A stretch of DNA of 64,000 bases from an uncultured virus (IMG/VR IMGVR_UViG_3300044610_000169) (Duplodnaviria > Heunggongvirae > Uroviricota > Caudoviricetes). Made by a program: the position numbers and the translations under genes. Under the pieces are notes generated by a model that was given only the letters and a program-made list of their open reading frames with translations, did no database searches and was not told where the DNA came from. The stretch lies in IMG/VR virus record IMGVR_UViG_3300044610_000169, one strand, 5' to 3'. Positions 10,500 through 18,613 of this stretch are shown piece by piece; position 1 is the stretch's first letter, and each line of letters starts with the position of its first letter.

Positions 10500-10585
10500 C
10501 TACAGTCGAAATGGTACGGATGATTTTCCGAACGACTCCGACTGGGTTTTATCGCCAGCCTATCGCTTAACTAAGCTTTTTCCAG

Positions 10586-10924
10586 CTACTTTTTCCCGCT
10601 GGATGGGGTCTTCTCGCCTGTGAGCAATGCTTTCGCTTGCGTCAAATATTGAGCCGATTGCGAATACTTTTGTGCGCAGTCCGCATCCTGTTCGTCCATT
10701 GATTGCTGAATCGCCTTCAACGCCGCCTGAGCCAACTTGTCAACCGATTCGCTTAGCAAACTTGACAGAGAAGAGCGATCCCCTCCATGCGTACCCCACG
10801 AATGAGTTGAAGTCAGAGCCGACTGCGAAAACTTTAGCGATTTGTCTGCAATTTGGCTAGCTCTTGCTTTGTCAGCAAGCTTGCCAATTGCTGTCAGTGT
10901 CTTTTCTGCGAACTCGTCAGCCAT
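10586..10924 (-). CDS. Hypothetical protein with two internal helical repeats
   Basis: GGAGGA RBS; repeats KLA...LKFSQSA and KLA...QKYSQSA. Confidence 0.65.
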   Translation of the reverse strand: MADEFAEKTLTAIGKLADKARASQIADKSLKFSQSALTSTHSWGTHGGDRSSLSSLLSESVDKLAQAALKAIQQSMDEQDADCAQKYSQSAQYLTQAKALLTGEKTPSSGKK

Positions 10925-10962
10925 TCTTTGCTTCCTCCAGGTATTAACCTGAGATTCCTTGC

Positions 10963-12858
10963 TTATCGCTTCAAAACGTCGCGTATTGAGTACATCGGAC
11001 TGCCGATATCGACACTACGTCGTTCCTGGCGTTCCCGCCATAAGTAACTACCATACTCTGGAGTTTGTCCCGTTTCAACATCGCTGTCAATTTTTTTTCC
11101 AGGATTATCGGTAGAAAATACCAACCAAGCACCCGCAGCGGAGATTGCTCGATCGCCGTGATTCTTCTCTGTCGCACCTTTGTTCTTGGTCGGAGCGTGG
11201 ATAATTCTTCCGTTTTCCCACTCGTACTCGCCGCACTCGACGAGCATTTCTTCGGACCTTGGCGTGTACTCTCCACTCTCCATCGCCAACGCAAACTGCT
11301 CAAACATATCCGCCTTGTCGGCATCACGGCATGGGAACCCAGCCTTGCGACTCTTCGTTTGGGATCCGAGCTGATCGACGTCCCGATAAAAAATGTTGCC
11401 GTAGTAGCAAACCTCACGCACCTCCTTGGCGAAACCTCCGGAGACACCCGAGTCTTCCCATCCGAGCAAGGCGTTTCGCATCCACAGGCACAATCCGACT
11501 ACGATGCGAGCAAACGGACGCGGCTCAAGACCTTTGACCGTGTACTCAAGCACTTGCTCGCCTGTCCGATTGTCGATTCCCGATGCCACGGAGTTCGAGG
11601 CAAAGGCTCCCACCCCGCCTGACGCGATGTCGCAAGCGATCGTGAATGGACCAAGTGTTGGTCTGTTGTCGATCCCTGGCTTGAACCAGAGCGACAAGGG
11701 ACCGTTCTCGTCGGGAATGAGACCTTTGAGCTCGAGCGTTTCGCTGTCGAACACCGGCTTGCCTCTCCAGACTGGCTTCTTGCTATTCTCCCGCTTCATT
11801 CGATCCAACAGGTCCGTGGTGAACACCTTGCCGGCTGACCCTCTGGCGTCCATGTCCAACTCTCGAGCGATGTACCGCGGAGTAGACCCTGGGACCAAGC
11901 AATGGGAGTCGTACCATGGAGATCTCACCTTGCCTTCGATCTTGTGTCCCTTGCGCTCGATTGTCCGAAGTTCTCGCTCATGCGACTTGATGTACTTTTC
12001 GACTTCCTCTTGCTCGTCAGGGTTGATCGCTTTAACCACCCCGTCCTGCTTGACGTAAGCTAATCTGGCGTGCTCTGGGTTGTCCTTCCAGTCGAGAGAA
12101 TAGACTTTCGGGTTGTCCGTGTCAGTTGCCGACTCGTAGAACACTCCCGTATCGGCACCGAATGTCGAACACAAAACGACGCAATTAGTCACATGCGCAA
12201 CGCTGGACATGATTTTGTAGTCGATGCCGTTTGCGATGAACTCCTCAGATCCAACTTCGTCAAACGCAAACATCGTTGTCCGACCACCCCGAGCAACGTC
12301 GCTCGTTGCAGCAAACCCAACCCATATCGAACCCGTAGTTGGCAAAAGAATCGTGTGGTCGTCGATATTCCGCTTGTACCCGTCGAGCATCCACAACGGA
12401 AGCTTGTCAAGCATCGTGGATAACTTGTTCATTACCGCGGTTGGATCTTTTGAATCCATCATCTTTTCGTTCCGAGTCACCAAACCCGACGAAAAGCCTT
12501 TTTCGAACAAAGCTCGCCTGATCTGCGTCCCGAGGTAGACGTATGTCCCGCCTTGCGCTCGGCTTTTGGGGATCGTCACCGACACTGGATGCTCAGTGTC
12601 CATCGCCTCTGTGATCGCATCATCGATCGCCGTGATCACCTTTTCTTGGTGGTTCCAAGGCACAAACGGCTTCATCTTGACCTTGGCTCGAGGCTCATGC
12701 ACCCACAGGGCGAACGCGAAGAAGAACAGCACGTCGGTTTCGCAGGCTTGCAGCAAAGCATCGCGGAACCGCTTGTCGGTCAAGGCGCGCTCCCTGCATC
12801 GGATTCGCCACTCCAGGTTTTCTACTGGATCTTTTGGTGCTAGGTCGTAGTAAGACAT
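10963..12858 (-). CDS. terL: Terminase large subunit
   Basis: PWNHQ adenine motif, KSRAQGGTY Walker A-like, FDEVG Walker B, STF motif III, nuclease CDIASG and HGDRAIS. Confidence 0.92.
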   Translation of the reverse strand: MSYYDLAPKDPVENLEWRIRCRERALTDKRFRDALLQACETDVLFFFAFALWVHEPRAKVKMKPFVPWNHQEKVITAIDDAITEAMDTEHPVSVTIPKSRAQGGTYVYLGTQIRRALFEKGFSSGLVTRNEKMMDSKDPTAVMNKLSTMLDKLPLWMLDGYKRNIDDHTILLPTTGSIWVGFAATSDVARGGRTTMFAFDEVGSEEFIANGIDYKIMSSVAHVTNCVVLCSTFGADTGVFYESATDTDNPKVYSLDWKDNPEHARLAYVKQDGVVKAINPDEQEEVEKYIKSHERELRTIERKGHKIEGKVRSPWYDSHCLVPGSTPRYIARELDMDARGSAGKVFTTDLLDRMKRENSKKPVWRGKPVFDSETLELKGLIPDENGPLSLWFKPGIDNRPTLGPFTIACDIASGGVGAFASNSVASGIDNRTGEQVLEYTVKGLEPRPFARIVVGLCLWMRNALLGWEDSGVSGGFAKEVREVCYYGNIFYRDVDQLGSQTKSRKAGFPCRDADKADMFEQFALAMESGEYTPRSEEMLVECGEYEWENGRIIHAPTKNKGATEKNHGDRAISAAGAWLVFSTDNPGKKIDSDVETGQTPEYGSYLWRERQERRSVDIGSPMYSIRDVLKR

Positions 12859-12979
12859 GACTTCGCGTCAGTAAATGGAAGAAGCCGCGAGACAGGAGTC
12901 CCGCAGCTTCTTTGGAGATTTGCTCCCGATAAAAGAGCATGCGTAAGTGTACCGAAAGCAAGTCGCATGTCAACTACTT

Positions 12980-13276
12980 TTATTTTCTTTCTAGCGCCTC
13001 TCGCATCCCCATCGTCTTGAGCCGAGCTCGAAGCGTCGATTCTTTGATCTTGTGGGACATCGCCCAGTCCTTGATCGACATCCGCATGCCGTTGTACTCT
13101 ACGCCGCAGTTCCCGCAAGACGACGTGTGGCCGCTTTGCAGGTGGTCCAAACGCACCTCAACCTTGTTTCCGCACGAACACTCGCATTGGAACTTGCGCT
13201 TGCCAGTGGACGCAACCTCGCTGACTACGGTCAACTCGCCGTACTTCTTTCCTTTTCCAATGACGATCGGTCGCAA
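12980..13276 (-). CDS. HNH/AP2-endonuclease-associated DNA-binding protein lacking a nuclease core
   Basis: GKKYGELTV...CECSCG...L.SG.T.SCG domain joined directly to a YNG...SIKDWA...STLRARL HTH-like tail. Confidence 0.7.
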   Translation of the reverse strand: MRPIVIGKGKKYGELTVVSEVASTGKRKFQCECSCGNKVEVRLDHLQSGHTSSCGNCGVEYNGMRMSIKDWAMSHKIKESTLRARLKTMGMREALERK

Positions 13277-13277
13277 C

Positions 13278-13415
13278 TTACTTTCCCTTCGCCTTGGGTT
13301 TTGGGGAACTTTTCTTCGTCGAGGAGGTCGCTTTCTTGCAACTCCCACTGCTGTACGCTTTCTTGCCTTTCACTGGCTCGTATCCTTTCCAACATCGATT
13401 CTTGTCCATCAGCAT
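13278..13415 (-). CDS. Small basic protein with CWKGY motif
   Basis: RCWKGYEPVKGKK..GSC, Lys-rich; motif recurrent in phage small proteins. Confidence 0.6.
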   Translation of the reverse strand: MLMDKNRCWKGYEPVKGKKAYSSGSCKKATSSTKKSSPKPKAKGK

Positions 13416-13500
13416 CCCTTTCTGCGCAAAATCACCTTGCAATAACTTAGCAACATCCACCCCACTTAGCAATACGTCACCAATTAGGCTACCACCCTAC

Positions 13501-13529
13501 TTGACTATTTTGGCATTGCGCACTATCAT
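13501..13529 (+). promoter_or_regulatory. Sigma70-like promoter for the resolvase
   Basis: TTGACT-N17-TATCAT. Confidence 0.6.
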
Positions 13530-13574
13530 GCCGATGGTGTTTTAACGATGGTTTTCTTCGAAGGAGATATTTCG

Positions 13575-14183
13575 ATGACAGTAGCAGCGTATGTTCGAGT
13601 AAGCACAGCTTCGCAGAATGAGGCTGGACAAAAGCAGGAGATCTTGAGGTGGCTTGTTGGCAACGGCATCAACCCCAACATCGTTATTTGGTACATCGAC
13701 AAGGAGAGTGGCGAAACACTCAAGCGTCCTGAGTTCGAAAGCATGCAGCGGGACATCTTCAACGGCGCAATCAAAACCGTTGTGGTCTACAAGCTCGATC
13801 GGCTCTCGAGATCGCTCAAGGATGGTGTTGATACCCTTTGTTCGTGGTGCCAGGGTGGTATCAGGGTGGTTTCAACGTCTCAACAGATCGATTTTACTGG
13901 CGCAATGGGACAACTCGTCGCCGCAGTGTTATTCGCAGTTGCGCAGTTCGAAACTGAGACTCGAAGGGAGCGCCAAGCGGCTGGAATCGCCGTTGCGAAG
14001 GAGAAGGGCGCTTACCGAGGTCGCATTCGTGGCGCTACCAAGGCTGGCGTTAATCCAGCTCGCGCGGCTGAACTGCGAGCGAAGGGTTTGAAACACGCGG
14101 AAGTAGCGCAAGCCATGGGTATCAGCGTGAGCACAGCGTTCCGATATGCGCAAGATGCTAAACGCGAAGCAGCAGGCAGGTAA
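13575..14183 (+). CDS. Small serine recombinase (resolvase/invertase) with C-terminal HTH
   Basis: YVRVST catalytic motif, ESG...RP, VYKLDRLSRS, ERQAAGI, terminal HTH; AAGGAG RBS. Confidence 0.95.
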   Translation: MTVAAYVRVSTASQNEAGQKQEILRWLVGNGINPNIVIWYIDKESGETLKRPEFESMQRDIFNGAIKTVVVYKLDRLSRSLKDGVDTLCSWCQGGIRVVSTSQQIDFTGAMGQLVAAVLFAVAQFETETRRERQAAGIAVAKEKGAYRGRIRGATKAGVNPARAAELRAKGLKHAEVAQAMGISVSTAFRYAQDAKREAAGR

Positions 14184-14706
14184 GAGCGCACCCCAGGCCC
14201 ATATAAGGATGCAATCTCGCAAGGTGCCGGAAATCACGGGATTTTTTCCGTGATACTGACAAATAGGCTTACTTTGGCAAAGGTAAGGTGCGAGCAGCCA
14301 GCGCTGCTTGGTCTCCGTTTTTGTTGCCGATCGGCAACAAATTCAGAACCGCCGTTCTCTTCGCCTGCGTCCACCTATCGGTCAGCCTGTTGCTCCTGTT
14401 CGACCCTTGAGGTTAGGAGCCTTTCCACGTCGCAGGACGCTTCTTAGACTCGTTCCCATGCACTTCGGCGGTCTTCCACAGATCGGACAACTTGCTCAAA
14501 CGATTGCAGGCACAAGCGCCGATTGCTCGGCATTACACTCGTGCCATATACGTGCTCACCCCCAGGATGTGGATTTGGGGGTGAGCTGTGCGAAAGAGAC
14601 ACGCACGAATAGACGCCCGAAGGCGAATGTTGGTCATGGAATTTGTCTCTTTCTTTGTGCCGAATCCACTCAGCACGCAATCATGTTATCAGACGGCTGT
14701 TGAATG

Positions 14707-15651
14707 TCAACCGCGTACTTCAGGCTCCGGTGGCCCTGGCTGTTTTGCTTCAACACCCAATATACGTTCGAAGCGTTTGAGCCACCCAACCAGCAACGCC
14801 AACTCCCCAGCAAGACGCGGCGTCTCCATGGACGTGCTTTGCATCCCAACGCACCGTGCCAGCTCCTCGCTTCCAGTTGCCTCGTCCCAAATTTGCATCT
14901 CCAAGCGAAGCATGGCAGCATCGACAGCATCGTCCTTGCCAATCGCCATGCCTGGACAATGGCTTCCGTGACTGCTTACGTCATTTTCGTCGACCAGAAT
15001 CATTGGAGTGACAAGGCGTGTGCCGATCAGTGGCTTCAAAGGATCCCACTTGACTTGATCCGCTTCCAGTTTCGCACGCATGGCTTCGGTATGACACATC
15101 CCAGATCCCCACACAGCCTTTGAAGCCAGTCGTTTTCGTTCTTGGATGTCGATCGGCCAGTGCTTGTTGTAAGCCTCCCACCAGAACGTCAAGTCTTGCG
15201 TCTCGTCGTCGTAGTACCGCGCAACAAACTCCGACTTGAACGCCGAATGCACGTTTTCGAACACGGTGCTTGTGACAATGACTTGTCCTGGGTAGTGCTT
15301 GTGAATCAGGTCGCACAATCGCCTGTAGTTGCTACCGCGGATAACGCCGGCTTCGATCAGAATCAGGTTGTCTCTGAAAAAGACCGTTTTGCATGCCTGC
15401 AACGCCAGTCGCTCAAATTCGCCACTCCACGCTTCGTCTGGGTACGGGACATCGACAGTGAACCCGTTGCAAACCTCGCCATCGTGGCTCAGGAAGTGAC
15501 GCAGGATTTGCCATGCAATGGACGAGTAGTCCGACGAAACGGCTACGAGCGTCGAATTTGACGCATTAAAGCCTGCATTCCGCAGCATGATGCCGAGCTT
15601 GTTGATCAATTCGTGCTCCTCAGCCTGCGAGCACTCCAAAATTTGCCTCAT
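14707..15651 (-). CDS. Phosphoribosyltransferase-like domain fused to an unknown domain
   Basis: LILIEAGVIRGSNY resembles a degenerate PRPP-binding loop; domain ends at LTFWWE; extra C-terminal region of about 145 aa. Confidence 0.45.
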   Translation of the reverse strand: MRQILECSQAEEHELINKLGIMLRNAGFNASNSTLVAVSSDYSSIAWQILRHFLSHDGEVCNGFTVDVPYPDEAWSGEFERLALQACKTVFFRDNLILIEAGVIRGSNYRRLCDLIHKHYPGQVIVTSTVFENVHSAFKSEFVARYYDDETQDLTFWWEAYNKHWPIDIQERKRLASKAVWGSGMCHTEAMRAKLEADQVKWDPLKPLIGTRLVTPMILVDENDVSSHGSHCPGMAIGKDDAVDAAMLRLEMQIWDEATGSEELARCVGMQSTSMETPRLAGELALLVGWLKRFERILGVEAKQPGPPEPEVRG

Positions 15652-15705
15652 AAACCACCATTTTCGTGAAAAAGTCTCGAAACTACTGCTGAAACGGCGT
15701 CATCT

Positions 15706-15999
15706 TTACTCTGGCTCAAACTTGTGCTCGTTGAGGTATTGCAGCACGTCCCAAGCGTGTGCCGCGCTTTCGTAAGCCGAGATGGTCTCGCTTTCGTAGG
15801 CATAGCGACCAGGGATTCCAAGTTTTCTTGGTGCTTTAACAACCGTGGCTTTCATGTGGCAGTCCTCCTGACCGTTTTTTCGAGTTTCCTCGATCTCCAG
15901 CGTGGTAAGGTCTTCGTCCCAGTCGGTGATCGCATATTGCTCGCCATCGACTTCGAACGTGTAACTGACCGACTTCTTGTACGCTACTTCTTGTGCCAT
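15706..15999 (-). CDS. Hypothetical protein
   Basis: 97 aa with GAGG RBS. Confidence 0.6.
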   Translation of the reverse strand: MAQEVAYKKSVSYTFEVDGEQYAITDWDEDLTTLEIEETRKNGQEDCHMKATVVKAPRKLGIPGRYAYESETISAYESAAHAWDVLQYLNEHKFEPE

Positions 16000-16427
16000 C
16001 GTTTAACATCCTCTCGAACATTCGGGTTGTAAAGCGTCCAGGAGGGTCTACGCCACCCCCATGGACCGTCTGGGTCGTGACCAATGCGGAAATGATGCTC
16101 CCGGCAAAGCGTGATCAGATTGTCCATGTCCAGCTCCAATTCAGGGTGGTCCTTGAACGGCTTGATGTGGTGGACGTTCAAGTCCCACGACAGACCGCAA
16201 GCCTCGCAACGGGGGTGCAGCTCGACGAACTCGTTGCGGACAGCCTGCCACCTCCCCGAGCGTTCGCCGTAAGGAGTCATCGACTCGACCGACTCGACAT
16301 GCTGCTCGATCGGCTCGTCCGGTATCGGACCTATCGCGTTGGAGAAAAAGTATGCGACGATACCGAGTAGGCAAACGCCGAGCAACGTAAAAAACGCCTC
16401 TGCCAAAGCTTTATGTTTAAGTATCAT
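15984..16427 (-). CDS. HNH endonuclease with N-terminal TM segment
   Basis: CEACG...VHHIKPF...NLITLCREHH; hydrophobic FFTLLGVCLLGIVAYFF. Confidence 0.85.
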   Translation of the reverse strand: MILKHKALAEAFFTLLGVCLLGIVAYFFSNAIGPIPDEPIEQHVESVESMTPYGERSGRWQAVRNEFVELHPRCEACGLSWDLNVHHIKPFKDHPELELDMDNLITLCREHHFRIGHDPDGPWGWRRPSWTLYNPNVREDVKRWHKK

Positions 16428-17752
16428 TCTGTCACCTCGATCTGACATTGCCTCCATTGAACAGCTATAATTCGCTCTTTGTTGACGCAAAGGAAAGGAT
16501 AAACCCCATCAAGAACGTAAACCAGCAAGCCGCTTTTCCATTGCTCGTCTTCATCGTCTCGATACCCGCACGCAATTGGACCATTCGCTAGGTCGGCTAG
16601 CGTCGGCTCGCGGTATCGTTTTGGGGGGGAGCTCGTCACTTCGATCTTACGACAAGCCACCCAGTCATCGCGGTTTGCGTACTCGACTTGCTTGGGCTTG
16701 ATCGGAATCCAATTCTTCGCCGATAGCGACCAATAAAGATCGCTTGCCTGCCTTGGCTCATCCTTTGCCGATCCCAGCATTCGATAGTCGCTTGGCGGTT
16801 GCGTCTTCGATGGCTTAGGGGTTGGCTTGCTCGAACCATCCAGGATTTTTGGAGGGTGCGATTGTTGCTCTTGTGCTGAATAATTTCTACTTGCGTATTC
16901 CAGATATCGATAATGCCTGCCGCCCTTCAAAGCTTCAACATCTTTTCGACCATCTAAAATAAACGCTATAACATGACCATCAATACTGCATGACGATCCA
17001 ACAATTTGCCGACAAGCGTGTTCGAAATTTGCGCTGTTGAAAACTCCGTCGCCCCTGCCAAATTCCTCGCAAGCCATTTGCATCGCAATCGCGACTAACT
17101 CGGAAAATTCATTCGATATTTCTGGATTGTTGCAATCTGCCTGCACAAGCCTCCCGTATCTCCAATTCGTCGGAAAGTCGCGAGTGTTTTTCTCTACTCT
17201 GGCGACATAGGCAAATTCAGTGTGTGGAAACACCGCCTCCAGTTCGGCGCGTTGCCAGTTAGCATCCTCGTAATTACGCACCTCGATTATCTGGCCAAGG
17301 TGACTGCTGTTTGGTGTTGGTGTTTCTTTGCAACTATTCGGGATTTCCGAAGAGTTGGGTTCAGTCGTCAAGGATTGCCTGACCATCTCCACCATTTTCG
17401 AAAGCTGCGCCTCGTTTCGCATCGGTCGATTCACGCCTAGGATTGGATGCTCAAGCGATCGCTCATCGATGCTAAAAGTGTACTCCGAGACCGTTGCCGA
17501 ACGAAACGCCGCAGCGAACGTCGTCATAAACTCATCCGACAGCAAAACCTCGCGGATTGCTTGTTTCATGTCGGCTTGCGGGTCTCGACGCTCAATCAAT
17601 TCAAGATCAGCAATTGCGGTCCAAACGAGTCTCCGTCCGCATTCGGATTTGCATCGCACGCTATCAGATAAAAACTCTTTCACGATTAGAGGCAACCTAT
17701 ATGGTTCGTCAGTCTTCAATCGCACCACATCGCCAACTTTAAATTTCGTCAT
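16424..17752 (-). CDS. Mosaic multi-module hypothetical protein
   Basis: FKVGDVV N-terminus, modules joined by NSSEIPNS-like linkers. Confidence 0.7.
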   Translation of the reverse strand: MTKFKVGDVVRLKTDEPYRLPLIVKEFLSDSVRCKSECGRRLVWTAIADLELIERRDPQADMKQAIREVLLSDEFMTTFAAAFRSATVSEYTFSIDERSLEHPILGVNRPMRNEAQLSKMVEMVRQSLTTEPNSSEIPNSCKETPTPNSSHLGQIIEVRNYEDANWQRAELEAVFPHTEFAYVARVEKNTRDFPTNWRYGRLVQADCNNPEISNEFSELVAIAMQMACEEFGRGDGVFNSANFEHACRQIVGSSCSIDGHVIAFILDGRKDVEALKGGRHYRYLEYASRNYSAQEQQSHPPKILDGSSKPTPKPSKTQPPSDYRMLGSAKDEPRQASDLYWSLSAKNWIPIKPKQVEYANRDDWVACRKIEVTSSPPKRYREPTLADLANGPIACGYRDDEDEQWKSGLLVYVLDGVYPFLCVNKERIIAVQWRQCQIEVTE

Positions 17753-18012
17753 CGCTTCTCTTTTTCGGCTTGGATTTTCTTCTGCGCAACACAAATGACG
17801 CACGGCGACAATGCAACAGTGTTGCCGCACGCACATAGATAGCTTGGAACGCGATAGAACTTTACGCCAGTTGTCGCTAGAGCGTCGGCTTCGCGGCATG
17901 CAGGACACTTCTTAGAATTGCTGTGTGTCAGTTGGTACTGTTCGCCACACTTGGCGCAATGGCTGTAGGCGGCTACCTTGCGTGCTGGTCGTATTCGCTG
18001 GGTCGGTCTCAT
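17749..18012 (-). CDS. Small Zn-ribbon protein
   Basis: CxxC/CxC pairs; GGAGA RBS. Confidence 0.6.
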   Translation of the reverse strand: MRPTQRIRPARKVAAYSHCAKCGEQYQLTHSNSKKCPACREADALATTGVKFYRVPSYLCACGNTVALSPCVICVAQKKIQAEKEKR

Positions 18013-18034
18013 CGCAAATCTCCGGTTAAAAAAC

Positions 18035-18163
18035 GGGTAGGGTGTATACTGTGCGTCTCGGACTATGAATGCCTTGGCCCATTACAGGAACCGTCTTACC
18101 GATTTCACCAGCCAACCAGCGACTCCTTGTACAAGTCCGCCACTGATCCACACTCTCCTACCC
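18035..18163 (-). ncRNA. Putative structured ncRNA (about 130 nt, long hairpin)
   Basis: Terminal stem GGGTAGG/CCTACCC, then GTGTG/TACAC and CGGACT/AGTCCG; bounded by short U-runs within the tRNA array. Confidence 0.45.
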
Positions 18164-18167
18164 AAAA

Positions 18168-18241
18168 GGACCGGACAGGATTGGCTACCTGCTTAACACG
18201 TCAAACGCGACTGATTACGGTGCTTAGCGATGTTCCGATCC
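18168..18241 (-). ncRNA. tRNA-like RNA without canonical D/anticodon arms
   Basis: Acceptor GGATCGG/CCGGTCC and T-like arm GCAGG-TAGCCAAT-CCTGT; same acceptor 5' strand as the 18496-18611 element. Confidence 0.55.
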
Positions 18242-18243
18242 AA

Positions 18244-18315
18244 AGCCCCCGGTAGGATTCGAACCTACGCCATCTGGTAAACAACCAGGCGTTCCACCGC
18301 AATAACTTCAGGAGC
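18244..18315 (-). tRNA. tRNA-Asn(GTT), atypical
   Basis: Acceptor GCTCCTG/CGGGGGC, anticodon arm CTGG-TTGTTTA-CCAG, T arm GTAGG-TTCGAAT-CCTAC; U37 instead of a purine; no encoded CCA. Confidence 0.75.
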
Positions 18316-18318
18316 AAA

Positions 18319-18376
18319 TTGCCGTCTCTCCGGCTGTCACGCACTGTCGCTACTATTTCCCCACAAACCATGCGTT
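18319..18376 (-). ncRNA. C4/CI-family antisense-RNA-like element
   Basis: ACGCA/TGCGT stem followed by GTGACA-GCCG-GAGAGA-CGGC, resembling (from memory) the 3' motif of C4-family RNAs. Confidence 0.45.
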
Positions 18377-18495
18377 ATTGTTGGGTGAACTCGATGCCGT
18401 AGCTGGCTGCGGTCGCCTATCCTGCTAAGCAACCGAGTGGTCTTTTTTTCTCCCTTTCGGGGTAGGTCTGTCGACCAACCAGGAACCACTTCAAA

Positions 18496-18611
18496 GGATC
18501 GGGCAGGATTCGAACCTGCTTGGCAGTCAACTGTTTGCCCACGCGAAGTCATGCACCTCTGCCTCGTTTCGCGGTCACCTTACTAGCGTGTTCCCACCAC
18601 GCCGCCGATCC
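18496..18611 (-). ncRNA. tRNA-scaffold RNA with about 66-nt insert in place of the anticodon arm
   Basis: Perfect acceptor GGATCGG/CCGATCC, D-like arm GCGTG-GTGGGAA-CACGC, canonical T arm GCAGG-TTCGAAT-CCTGC; insert has CGCGAA/TTCGCG and GGCA/TGCC stems. Confidence 0.75.
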
Positions 18612-18613
18612 AG

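Noticed and set aside
14250..14703. ORFs between the resolvase and the PRTase-like gene
   Set aside because: No frame has convincing motifs or an RBS; left uncalled.
18086..18094. Possible pairing of the 130-nt RNA with the capsid RBS (AGGAGCCGT)
   Set aside because: Only 9 nt including a wobble; not significant.
18035..18241. Theta/HDV-like ribozyme 3' of the tRNAs
   Set aside because: I could not build the nested double pseudoknot by eye; a motif search would be needed to exclude it fully.
18337..18552. 71-aa ORF across the ncRNA array
   Set aside because: It runs through a canonical T arm, an acceptor stem and several hairpins; RNA structure explains the sequence better, though a weak GAGG precedes it.
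18565..18573. 9-nt complementarity of the tRNA-like insert to motif copies B and C (CGTTTCGCG)
   Set aside because: Short, GC-rich and largely the stem partner of the terL-matching segment; chance is likely.
18496..18611. tmRNA, selenocysteine tRNA or intron-containing tRNA
   Set aside because: No G3-U70 pair, too short for tmRNA, no UCA loop, and I could not restore a 7-nt anticodon loop by removing a segment.
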